Positions 1 through 9,021 are shown, counted from the stretch's first letter. The stretch: DNA of 64,000 bases from Paracoccaceae bacterium (GCA_029862205.1 JAOTXT010000019.1:284-64283), one strand, 5' to 3'. Numbers and translations are program-made. The notes: generated from the letters alone by a model not told the origin.

Positions 1-261
1 CTTTACATTCCTCTCGTCCAGCAAGGGTGCCTCGGCACGCCTGCGGCGCAAGTGCCTGACGCCAGGTACCGAGAAGCTGACCCAATTGACGCCGTCGTGC
101 ACGAACGTTTCCTCGTCCACAGCGTGCAGAGCCGATGTGCGTGCACCGGTGTCAATCTTTGCCCGCACGGTGTGGATGTCGAGCTCGGGCAGGGCGACAA
201 TCTCTCGCCAGCCGATAAGCTCAGGATCGATATTGAAATCTGTCTTCTGCGCAGGACTCAT
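1..261 (-). CDS. RimK-associated putative ATP-dependent zinc/aspartic-type protease, 5' part only (runs off the left edge)
   Basis: Not in the ORF track. Manual translation from the ATG at 261, which overlaps the TGA of the 258-551 ORF (ATGA): MSPAQKTDFNIDPELIGWREIVALPELDIHTVRAKIDTGARTSALHA. The GWRE...KIDTGARTSALHA motif is typical of this family. Confidence 0.85.
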   Translation of the reverse strand, partial: MSPAQKTDFNIDPELIGWREIVALPELDIHTVRAKIDTGARTSALHAVDEETFVHDGVNWVSFSVPGVRHLRRRRAEAPLLDERNVK

Positions 262-551
262 TCCAAGAGGCTTTCCGGCGGTCGGCGATAGTTCACGAAC
301 GAGTTGGAACTCATCACGACGTAGAAACTGTCCATGTCGATCAGCACGTAGCCGCGCTCGAAAAGGGCTCGCGCAAGCTGGCGAATGTCATCCTCGTAGA
401 GACGATGGCGGTCGGTGAGTGCGCGCAGCAGCTTTGCTGAAATCCGGTATCGGCCGCGCGGCTTGCCGCCAAACGCTTCATCGTAGAGCTGCGCAAGGCG
501 ATCCGCGGCGATGGGAATCCAGTCCATTTCATCAGGCATGAGTTCGTTCAC
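258..551 (-). CDS. Hypothetical protein (97 aa), translationally coupled to the protease gene
   Basis: ORF with natural amino-acid composition; ATGA overlap with the downstream gene. Confidence 0.7.
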   Translation of the reverse strand: MNELMPDEMDWIPIAADRLAQLYDEAFGGKPRGRYRISAKLLRALTDRHRLYEDDIRQLARALFERGYVLIDMDSFYVVMSSNSFVNYRRPPESLLE

Positions 552-626
552 AAGTTTGTTTGCTTTGGTCCTGCGACAGCCTTCTGCTCGCGGAGGCGAG
601 TGCCACAGCGCGTGAGAGAAGCCGAC

Positions 627-1079
627 TCACTTGGAGGGGACTCCACGCCCAGCGATCATTCCAAGCTCCGTCATCTTCCGGAGGATCGTCCAGTAGGCCT
701 CATCTGCATAGGCAATACGCGCACCCTCGTGATCTCCCATAAAATCCAGAAAGAGCGTGGCATCGCAGCGCGCTGCTGCGTTGGCCCCGGGGCTAAGTTG
801 ACTGCGGCCGGCGACGTCAACTTGTCCGATATATGAAAGGACCAATGTGCCGCGCAGCCACGGCAGCGACGGTAACTCCATGATACGTTCAAACGCAGGG
901 TTACAGATCGCGCCACGTCCGCACACGAGAAGAAACGGACCCATTTCCTTTCCGTCAACGCGATAAGCTTGAACGATCTGATCCGAAGAAACCTCAAGAG
1001 ATGAGGCCCGTTGCACCTCTCGGCCAAGCGTGGTCCGCGTGTCGCCCACAACTGAAGTGCCATTTGGATCGCTGGACAT
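627..1079 (-). CDS. Hypothetical protein (150 aa), uncertain
   Basis: ORF co-oriented with the 258-551 gene; no recognisable motif; competes with an overlapping frame (671-1099). Confidence 0.35.
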   Translation of the reverse strand: MSSDPNGTSVVGDTRTTLGREVQRASSLEVSSDQIVQAYRVDGKEMGPFLLVCGRGAICNPAFERIMELPSLPWLRGTLVLSYIGQVDVAGRSQLSPGANAAARCDATLFLDFMGDHEGARIAYADEAYWTILRKMTELGMIAGRGVPSK

Positions 1080-1445
1080 GGCGCTTTCATAATGAGCAAA
1101 AGTAAATTTGTCTATAGACAGATATTATGCGCCTATATCTGAGAAACTTTGCCGACTTCCTTCGGAGCTCAAACGGATCACTCCATTTAGGCTTACGAGC
1201 ATCCACTAAATGATCGACCAGGAGTCGTTCTGATTTTGTTGAGAACTTGGAAGTGCTCGCAACCATTGGCTCGGCAGCTCGCGGATACGAATGATCTTCA
1301 GCAGCACCCAGAATTCTTGCTGCGACGCCAATTCCTTTTCCGATGCATGTATGGATTTGGGAACGCGTGCTGGTGGCGCGTTCCCGGAAAAAATCTCGAA
1401 GGCGGCGACCGCAATCAAAGCGGACATTAAATAGTTTGCCCAGAC

Positions 1446-1564
1446 GGCAGGTTTGTCCGCGTAGCCGCCGTTCTGCACAACCAATGTGAAGGGACGCTTC
1501 GGGTCAGAACTGGACACTCGCGGATCGTAGAGTGAATGTCCGCTTAGTCCGCACAGCAGTCGTT
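1446..1564. repeat. Cluster of degenerate ~27-bp GTCCGC-core elements
   Basis: ggcaggtttgtccgcgtagccgccgtt (1446-1472) and gtccgcttagtccgcacagcagtcgtt (1538-1564) match at 19 of 27 positions. Related pieces at 1491-1518 and, inverted, aaagcggacatt at 1417-1428. Confidence 0.45.
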
Positions 1565-1729
1565 GCCCGATATCGCCTGAAATATTGAAAGCCCCCGCCC
1601 AGCGCGATCTCGATCCAGAGGGCAGGTGAACCCTGCCGGAACCCCGCTTCTGCATGTCGGCGCCGTCGGTTGGAACTAAGGGTGGAATTCGATGGCAAAC
1701 GCTCGATGGTTAGCCAAGGCGCCCGATTA

Positions 1730-1756
1730 TGGAACCCCAGTGGAACCCCAGTGGAA
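1730..1756. repeat. Tandem 11-bp direct repeat (TGGAACCCCAG x2 plus partial), possible integrase arm-type sites
   Basis: tggaaccccag-tggaaccccag-tggaa, about 50 bp beyond the tRNA CCA end. Confidence 0.55.
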
Positions 1757-1806
1757 AAATGCGCCCGCCCATATGGGGACTATCTCTCTTAACCCTCTGA
1801 CAAGAT

Positions 1807-1881
1807 TGGCTCCGGCGGTAGGATTCGAACCTACGACCAGCGGATTAACAGTCCGATGCTCTACCACTGAGCTACGCCGGA
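1807..1881 (-). tRNA. tRNA-Asn (GTT)
   Basis: Minus strand TCCGGCG-TA-GCTCAGTGGTAGAGC-A-TCGGA-CTGTTAA-TCCGC-TGGTC-GTAGGTTCGAATCCTAC-CGCCGGA-G-CCA: full cloverleaf, GTT anticodon, encoded CCA. Confidence 0.97.
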
Positions 1882-1943
1882 TTGGCCGATCTTGGTGAGG
1901 TGAGAGGGCGTATAACAAAGGCGGCGGTTTGCGTCCAGCGGAT

Positions 1944-2807
1944 TTAGGGGCGCGACGGGCCGCCCTCACTGCGGGCGCCTTTCGCGAGGCCGGCATTGCC
2001 GCGCGCCTCGGGTCCACGTCCGGCGGGGGGTGAACCGCCGTAGTCGCGGGTTGCCTCGCTGGCCGCCTGCGCGACCATGCGGCCCAGCATGGGCAGGCGC
2101 TCGGGCGGAATGCGGGCGCCCGGACCCGAGACCGAGATCGCAGCGACCGCGCGGCCAAGCTCGTCGAAAACCGGGGCGGCTACGCAGCGCAGGCCCAGCG
2201 CGTGCTCTTCGTCATCGACGCCAAATCCTTGGGCCAGAATCTCGTCGAGGGCCGCTTCCAGCCGGGCGCGATCGGTGATCGTGCGCTGAGTTTCCCGCGG
2301 CAGGGCCATCGTGCCCACGATCCGTTGCCGCCGGGCCGGCTCCATATGCGCGAGCAGCACCTTGCCGGCGCCCGAGGAGTGAAGTTGCACCCGCCCACCG
2401 ACGCCGGTTAGCGCGCGCATGGCGTGGCGCGACTCGATCTGGCCGATGCAGATCGCCTCGCCATCGCTCTCGACGAACAGGTTCGCGGTCTCCCCAGTCA
2501 TCTCCATCAGCCTGCGCAGATAGGGCCGGACCAGGCTCAGTTTGTCTCGGCTGCGCGCGAACGCCGTGCCGACGAAGAACGCCGCAACGCCGATCCGCCA
2601 CAACCCGCCCTGGGCCTCGGGACGCACGAAACGCTCGGACTCGAGCGTGGTCAGCAGGCGATGGGTGGTCGAGGGCGGCAGGTTGGCCGCCTCTGAAAGC
2701 TCGGTCAGCGACATGCCGTCACCGCTCTCGGCAAGGTGGCGCATCAGCCGTAGCGCACGCGTCAGCGAACGTACCTGGCCGGAAGACTTCGCCTTGTTGT
2801 CATTCAT
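1944..2807 (-). CDS. IclR-family transcriptional regulator (AllR/BhcR-like)
   Basis: N-terminal HTH (VRSLTRAL...LPPSTTHRLLTTL); C-terminal IclR motifs GETANL, LHSSGAGK and DDEE...GLRCVAAPV...AISVSGP. Confidence 0.92.
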   Translation of the reverse strand: MNDNKAKSSGQVRSLTRALRLMRHLAESGDGMSLTELSEAANLPPSTTHRLLTTLESERFVRPEAQGGLWRIGVAAFFVGTAFARSRDKLSLVRPYLRRLMEMTGETANLFVESDGEAICIGQIESRHAMRALTGVGGRVQLHSSGAGKVLLAHMEPARRQRIVGTMALPRETQRTITDRARLEAALDEILAQGFGVDDEEHALGLRCVAAPVFDELGRAVAAISVSGPGARIPPERLPMLGRMVAQAASEATRDYGGSPPAGRGPEARGNAGLAKGARSEGGPSRP

Positions 2808-3036
2808 TCCAACCCCCTCGCCTCTGCATGGCGCAAGAGCGATCTATCCGCTCTGCGAAAACGCTTTCCATATGGTTTATTGCAAATCCCGGCGGGGAAA
2901 AGGGTTGATGCGCTGAAAAATGAAAATATTTCGGGCATCCAGGCCGGTAGCTCCGTGATTTGCCGGGTTGGTTACAGCCGTTTCACCACCTTCTTCCACC
3001 GTTCGTGAACGTCATTCCCGCTAGCCTGAGGTCTGG

Positions 3037-4377
3037 GTGGCTGGAGGTTCGATGATGGTGTTGCCGGAGCAGTGTTCCGTATCCGAGGACGTGTCAGACA
3101 GGGGCCGACCGCCGCCGGCGCCAACATCGATCGCCGGGACCGGTCTGGAACAGGGCTTCCTGTTGGACCTATTGGTCAAGACGATCTACCGGACGGGGCT
3201 CGAGACGGCGAGCGACATGAGCCGGGCGATGAAGCTGCCGGTGCCCATCGTCACCACGCTGATCGAAGCCGGCCAAGCGTTGAAAACAATCGAGACGCTG
3301 GGCCAGCTCGGCGCCTCGATGACCGCCGAGATGCGCTATACGTTGACCTCGAAGGGCCGGGAATGGGCACTGGAGGCACTTGAACAAAGCGAGTACTTCG
3401 GCGCCACGCCCGTCACCGTGCAAACCTATTCGGACCAGGTGACAAATCAGTCGATCCGGCGCGAGACGCTGACCCGGCCAATGCTGGGCCACGTCTTCTC
3501 GGAACTGACCCTGTCTGCGAACCTGATGGAGCAGATCGGACCGGCCGCGAACTCAGGCGCGTCGATGCTGCTCTACGGCCCGCCCGGCAACGGCAAATCG
3601 TCGATCGCCGAGGCGATTTGCGCAGCATTTGAGGGCACGATCTACTTCCCCCACGCGCTGATGATCGACAAGCAGATCATCACCATCTACGACCCGACCG
3701 TTCATCACGCGATCGGCGCCGGTGAGGCGGAGGGCATCAGCCTGCGGCGCGAGAACTCCTACGACCGCCGCTTTGTCCCCTGCCGGCGTCCGGCGGTAAT
3801 CACCGGCGGCGAGTTTACCTTGGACCGGCTCGACCTTGCGCTGAACACGATCAGCCAGATCTACGAAGCGCCGATGCAGATGAAGGCCGCGGGCGGCGTC
3901 TTGGTAATCGACGATTTCGGTCGCCAGCGCCAAAGCCCGCAAGAGCTCTGCAACCGGCTGATCATCCCCTTGGAGAACGGCACCGACTACATGGCGCTGC
4001 AAACGGGACGAAAGTTCGAGGTGCCGTTCGACGCCCTGGTGGTCTTCTCGACCAATATCGCGCCAAAGGAATTGGTGGACGGCGCGGCACTCCGGCGCCT
4101 GCGCTACAAGATCCTGGTAGACAAGCCGGACCGCGAGACCTTTATCGAGATTTTCGCGCGCACAGCGAAGAAATAGGGCGTGGATCTGACCGAGGACACG
4201 TTGGTCTTCATTCTGAACGAGCTCTATGCAAACCAGAGAGACGCAGAGTTTCATGCCTTCCACCCCCGTTTCCTGATCGACCAATGCAAGGCGATCAGCG
4301 CGTTTGAGGGCGTCAGCCCCCGCTTGACGCCGGATTTCCTGGCGCGGGCCTGGGGCAACCTGTTCGTCGAGGACTAG
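3037..4377 (+). pseudogene. AAA+ ATPase interrupted by an in-frame TAG at 4174-4176 (379 aa + 65 aa ORFs in one frame)
   Basis: Walker A GPPGNGKS and Walker B VLVIDDFGRQ. Reading AAG AAA TAG GGC GTG GAT, the frame continues without a shift to 4377. Confidence 0.7.
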
Positions 4378-4389
4378 ACCAAAACCGGA

Positions 4390-6540
4390 TCAGGCCGCGC
4401 GCCCGCCGCCCTCGCTGGGCTCCACCGGCATCCAGGATGGAGCGTCCTGGCCGAATTCGCGGTCGAGGGCCGCCAGATCCGCCTCGTGCTGGGCGATCTC
4501 GGCGGACAGCCAGTCGGGCGGCACCGGTTCCTGGGCATTGACGGACCCGGCCGGCGCCGGCGGCGCCTGGCCGCGCGTCGTATCGCGAAATATGCTGGTC
4601 AGCAGCTTGAGCGTGATCTCCAGCGCATCGTCATTTTGGACGGTGTTGTCGCAGCCGCCGGTGTAGACCTTGCGGATCACCCGGTCGCGGGTGCGCGACG
4701 GCGGCAGACTGAATTGCAGCCGCAGAATGCCCCCCGCGGAATGCACGACCCGCGCGGCGATCCGGCCCACATCGGCGACAGTGACCACCAGCCAATCGCC
4801 CTTCACCGGCGGATCGGCGCCAGCATAGCTCGCCGCCATGCCACCGAGCGAAATGTCGCGCAGTTGCGCCTGGTGGGTGCCGCCATGCTCTCGGCGGATG
4901 AGGACCGGTTCGTCCATCTCGAAGCGCACTTCGCGCCGGCGCGCACCAACGCTGAAGGCTGTCACCAGGACAACCAGCAGCACCACTGAATTAAAACTGC
5001 ACCAAACCGCAACGACCGGCACCAGTGAAACATCACTAATGATCCGCGCATCGAAGCTACTGTTGAGCAGGAAGCCCAATGCGGTCGCCGCCAGAAGGCC
5101 GGTTGCCATGAAGACGGTGAAGCGGTCATAGGACCGGACCCCGGCTTCGCTTCCCTTGGGAGTGACATGGAACTTGTGCCCGTAAGGCCGGACCAGCGTC
5201 TTGAACAGGCCCGGCAGGAGCCGGAACGCCTGCAACGCCCCAAGCACCGTGGCGGCCAGGGGAAAGTACTGCCCCGGGGCAAAGAACCTGAGCGCCGATA
5301 TTGCCGCCAGAATCGCTGGAAACTGGTAGGAGAGCAGCCCCTCGGGCGTCGTGTTCGCCATCGGCAGCAATCCGGTCAGCAGATAGATGCAGGGTGCGCT
5401 CATTGCCGCCACATGGGTCAGCGACTGGGTCAGCCAATGGGTCGGCAGGAACATCAGCCGCTGGATCAGGTTCAGCCCCGGTCCAAACGGCCCTTCGCGC
5501 AAATAGAGGATCTGTAATGCGCCCTGCGCCCACCGCGCACGCTGGACGAAGAAGGCATCGAGCGATTCCGGCGCCAGACCGATTGCCAGGCGCTCGTTTA
5601 GATAGCGGGTCACATAGCCTTGACGGAGAAGCGCCAGGGTCAGCAGCATGTCCTCGGTGATCGAGCCGGACGGCATGGCATTCCCGATCGCCTGAATGGC
5701 GCTGCGCCGGGTGATCGAGTTCGAGCCGCAGCAGAAGGCGCAATCCCATCCGTCGCGCCCGGGCATGATTTGGTCGAAGAACAATGCCTGATCGCCGGGC
5801 AGCGTACGCCGCAATGCCAGGTTGGACTGCATCGGGTCATGGTTGAAGAACCGGTGCGGCGCCTGGACGATCCCGACCTTCGGGTCGCCGAAAAAGCCAA
5901 TCATGCGGTAGAGGATCGTGCGCTGGGGAATGAAATCCGCGTCCAGAACGACGAAGAATTCGCCCGCGGTGCGCGGGATCGCGGCGTTGATATTGCCGGC
6001 CTTGGCATGGGCGTTGTCCGGCCGGGTCAGATAGCCGATGCGGCGTTCGGCGCAATAAGCGCGCAGGAACTCGCGCCGCCCGTCGTCCAGTACCCAGACC
6101 TTGAGCTTTTCCGGTGGCCAATCGATCGAGGCAGCGCCAATGATCGTGCGTTCGAGCACGTCCAAGGGCTCGTTGTAGGTGGCGATCAAGACATCGACCT
6201 CGGGCAGGTCCTCGGGCTCGACCGCGCGCAGCCGGGTCTCGTGCATGTCCGCCTCACCCGAGCGATCGGTCCGGCGGCAGAGCGCGGCGAAAAGGATCGC
6301 CGCGTCGAGCCAGGCCAGGCATTCGATGATGAACAACGTCCAGACCAGCGCCGATTGAAGGTCCAACCGGTTCGCGGGCAGGACCGTCACGGGGATGCGC
6401 CAGGCCATGTAGCGCACCACCAGAAAGCCCAGCGTTCCCGCCACCGCGTAACGCGCGAGCCGATTGTTTTTTAGTCTATCTGGATGGGCCAGAGCGAAGA
6501 TCGCCACCAGCCCCAAGGGCACCAGGATGATCGGCTCCAT
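4390..6540 (-). CDS. GT2 cellulose-synthase-like glucan synthase with C-terminal PilZ-type domain (BgsA-like)
   Basis: Motifs DDG, HAKAGN, DAD, QAPH, TED and QRARW; multiple TM helices; C-terminal RREVR...DISLGG (RxxxR/DxSxxG). Start set at MEPIIL (6540). Confidence 0.9.
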   Translation of the reverse strand: MEPIILVPLGLVAIFALAHPDRLKNNRLARYAVAGTLGFLVVRYMAWRIPVTVLPANRLDLQSALVWTLFIIECLAWLDAAILFAALCRRTDRSGEADMHETRLRAVEPEDLPEVDVLIATYNEPLDVLERTIIGAASIDWPPEKLKVWVLDDGRREFLRAYCAERRIGYLTRPDNAHAKAGNINAAIPRTAGEFFVVLDADFIPQRTILYRMIGFFGDPKVGIVQAPHRFFNHDPMQSNLALRRTLPGDQALFFDQIMPGRDGWDCAFCCGSNSITRRSAIQAIGNAMPSGSITEDMLLTLALLRQGYVTRYLNERLAIGLAPESLDAFFVQRARWAQGALQILYLREGPFGPGLNLIQRLMFLPTHWLTQSLTHVAAMSAPCIYLLTGLLPMANTTPEGLLSYQFPAILAAISALRFFAPGQYFPLAATVLGALQAFRLLPGLFKTLVRPYGHKFHVTPKGSEAGVRSYDRFTVFMATGLLAATALGFLLNSSFDARIISDVSLVPVVAVWCSFNSVVLLVVLVTAFSVGARRREVRFEMDEPVLIRREHGGTHQAQLRDISLGGMAASYAGADPPVKGDWLVVTVADVGRIAARVVHSAGGILRLQFSLPPSRTRDRVIRKVYTGGCDNTVQNDDALEITLKLLTSIFRDTTRGQAPPAPAGSVNAQEPVPPDWLSAEIAQHEADLAALDREFGQDAPSWMPVEPSEGGGRAA

Positions 6541-6550
6541 GTCGGCGCCG

Positions 6551-7870
6551 TCAACCGCCTGGTTCGAGTGCCGCAGCCTCGCCAAAGAACACGGCGCCAG
6601 AGAACACGGCGCCAGAGAACACGGCACCAGAGAACACGGCGCTCAAGCCGCGCCCGGCCGCGATCAGCAGGCGCCGGAGGTGACCCACATCGGCGCGCTC
6701 GAAGCGGACCTCGGCCGTGCGGCCCACATGGCAGAAGGCGCCGGGCGCGTCGTCGATCCGGCTCTCGGCCAGCGAGACCAGGACCCGGAGTTGATCGGGC
6801 TTGGCCTCGGTAACCGCGGCGGCCAGCCTGGGATGGTCGAACTTGGCGCCCGCGCCCAGCACGGCCGATATGCGCGCACCCACCGGCTCGCCCCCGCCCT
6901 TCAGCCGGACCCAGGCGGTGCCGCCGAGCTCGATGCTGTTGAAGTGGCGCTCGTTCAGGGTCACCTCGACAAAGCGGGACTCGCAATTGACCATCTGGAC
7001 CAGGACATCGCCCGGGACCACCGTCTCGCCGACCGCGCCGCTCTGCTTCCAAATCACGCCACCGGAGGCGGCTTCAGCGGCGAAGACCTCGCGCTCCTCG
7101 ACCAGGCGGGTCTCGCCCGCGATCTGGTCGGTCAATGCCAGGCGCTCGCCCTCAAACCGGCGGCGCTCGGTGGCAAGGCTCGCCAGTTGCAGCGTGATCC
7201 CGTCAAGCCGTTGCTGGCTATAGGGCACGTCGTTCCAGCCGTCCTGGACGAAGACCCCAGCCTCGACCGCCGCGCGCTCGACGGCGATGCGTTCGAGCCG
7301 GGCCCGGGCGCGTGCGACCTCGGCAGTCGCACCGGCATGGGCGGCGGTATCGGCATCCGTCCGGGTGGCGGTCGCATGACCTCGGCTCCTGAGAGCCTCG
7401 GCACGTTTAAGATTGGCAAAGGAATTGTCGCGCTGGGCCTCGGCGGATTCCAAGGCGGCCAAGGCCTCGCGCGACTCGGCGTCCAGGCGCTCGATCACCC
7501 GCGTTTGGTAGCTTGCGATCCGCTTGGACATGACCTGTTCCAGGGCACTGAGCTCGGCCATCTCAGCATCGATCGAAGCGAGACTCTCCTCGACAAGCGC
7601 CAACCGGGCGCGCAATTGCTCGAGATAGCGCCGATCCCGCTCCTCGATCTCGACGGTGACCAGGGCCTGACCGGCCGCGATTCCGGTTCCGGGGGGCGGT
7701 GATCTGCGGGTGATATGGCCTTGAAGCGGGCTGCGCACGGTGTTCAACGGCGCATTCACCACCGCCTGGGAAGAGACGTAGTTGGCCGCATATGGCACGA
7801 TGGTCCACAGCACCGCCGCCGCCAGGGCAAAGGCCAGGAGCAGGCGAAATTGTTGCGCGGTGATCCGCAT
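6551..7870 (-). CDS. HlyD-family membrane-fusion-type protein (BgsB-like)
   Basis: N-terminal TM anchor, lipoyl-like segments (VRSPLQGHI, GETVVPGDVL) and a long coiled coil; ends 10 bp upstream of the GT2 gene. Confidence 0.85.
   Translation of the reverse strand: MRITAQQFRLLLAFALAAAVLWTIVPYAANYVSSQAVVNAPLNTVRSPLQGHITRRSPPPGTGIAAGQALVTVEIEERDRRYLEQLRARLALVEESLASIDAEMAELSALEQVMSKRIASYQTRVIERLDAESREALAALESAEAQRDNSFANLKRAEALRSRGHATATRTDADTAAHAGATAEVARARARLERIAVERAAVEAGVFVQDGWNDVPYSQQRLDGITLQLASLATERRRFEGERLALTDQIAGETRLVEEREVFAAEAASGGVIWKQSGAVGETVVPGDVLVQMVNCESRFVEVTLNERHFNSIELGGTAWVRLKGGGEPVGARISAVLGAGAKFDHPRLAAAVTEAKPDQLRVLVSLAESRIDDAPGAFCHVGRTAEVRFERADVGHLRRLLIAAGRGLSAVFSGAVFSGAVFSGAVFFGEAAALEPGG
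6584..6643. repeat. 15-bp tandem repeat x4 in the 3' end of the HlyD gene, encoding (SGAVF)n
   Basis: aaagaacacggcgcc / agagaacacggcgcc / agagaacacggcacc / agagaacacggcgct. Confidence 0.9.
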
Positions 7871-8002
7871 CGCTCACGTCCAAGGGGATTGAAGCCGTTC
7901 TCTCGGGCCGAGAATGCGCCGTTAGCCTTAAAATTGGCGTATATATACCTTGCAAACCCAGTAAGGAGTGCTTACATATAAGGCTCAGAAACGGAGTCTG
8001 TT

Positions 8003-8950
8003 ATGTCGATCCTGGGCAAAGCCTACTTCCACAACGAGGAAGCCGCGTTTGAGCATGTAGAGGCGGTGCTTTGGCCGGATGGTCCGTATTGCCCGCATTG
8101 CGGTGCTGTGGACCGCATCGGCAAGATCAAGCCCAACCCGGAAAAGCGGGTGCGCCTTGGTCTGCACAAGTGCGGCCACTGCAAGGGCCAGTTCACGGTT
8201 CGCGTCGGCACCGTCTTTGAGGCCAGCAAGGTTCCGCTGCACAAGTGGTTGCAGGCGCTACACCTGATGACCAGCAGCAAGAAGGGTATCAGCGCGCACC
8301 AGCTACACCGGGTGCTGGAAGTGACCTACAAGACCAGTTGGTTTATGTGCCACCGCATTCGCGAGGCTATGCGGTCGGATGAACTAACCCCGTTCGGCGG
8401 CAACGGCGGCATCGTGGAAGTGGACGAGACGTTCATCGGCCACGACAAGACGGTTAAGCCGCATCGGAGCAAGAAGGGTCGCGGCCACCACCACAAGCAC
8501 AAGGTTCTGTCGCTGATGGATCGCGAGACCGGCAAGGCCCGCAGCATGGTCGTGGATGATCTAAAGGCCGCGACCTTGGCCCCGATCCTTCGCGATAACA
8601 TTGCCAAAGAGGCCACGCTTCTAACCGACGAGTTCCGCGTCTATCAGGGCGTGGGCCGCGAGTTTTCGGATCACCATCAGGTTCGCCACAAGATGGGCGA
8701 GTATGTGAACCGCAAAAATCCGGAAATCCACACCAACACGATTGAAGGCTACTTCTCCATTTTCAAGCGCGGCATGAAAGGCGTCTATCAGCATTGCGCG
8801 AAGAAGCACTTGCACCGTTACGTGGCCGAGTATGACTTCCGCTACAATAACCGCTCGGCCAACGGCATTGAGGATCAGGAGCGGGCGGCGATTGCGCTCG
8901 CCGGAGCGAGCGGGAAAAGGCTCAAATATGCTTGTAACCGACCTAATTGA
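8003..8950 (+). CDS. IS1595-family DDE transposase
   Basis: N-terminal Zn ribbon (CPHCG...CGHC), HTH, and catalytic motifs VEVDETF, TDE, HTNTIEGYFSIFKRG, YVAEYDFRYN. Confidence 0.95.
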   Translation: MSILGKAYFHNEEAAFEHVEAVLWPDGPYCPHCGAVDRIGKIKPNPEKRVRLGLHKCGHCKGQFTVRVGTVFEASKVPLHKWLQALHLMTSSKKGISAHQLHRVLEVTYKTSWFMCHRIREAMRSDELTPFGGNGGIVEVDETFIGHDKTVKPHRSKKGRGHHHKHKVLSLMDRETGKARSMVVDDLKAATLAPILRDNIAKEATLLTDEFRVYQGVGREFSDHHQVRHKMGEYVNRKNPEIHTNTIEGYFSIFKRGMKGVYQHCAKKHLHRYVAEYDFRYNNRSANGIEDQERAAIALAGASGKRLKYACNRPN

Positions 8951-9021
8951 GTCGGAAACTGTCAATACCTAGTGTGCAAATCGCGATAAAAGTGTATATA
9001 TAGCGCAAACGGAAGGATGGT

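Noticed and set aside
1206-1655. 149-aa ORF next to the tRNA as a possible integrase remnant
   Set aside because: No R-H-R-Y tyrosine recombinase motifs; it runs through the repeat stack and is probably spurious.
1807-1881. T-C mismatch at the top of the tRNA-Asn anticodon stem
   Set aside because: A single mismatch at the 27:43 pair is within normal tRNA variation; all other elements are canonical.
6584-6643. Short tandem repeats as a CRISPR array
   Set aside because: No unique spacers, the repeats are inside a CDS, and there are no cas genes; the same holds for 59043-59096 and the REP doublets.
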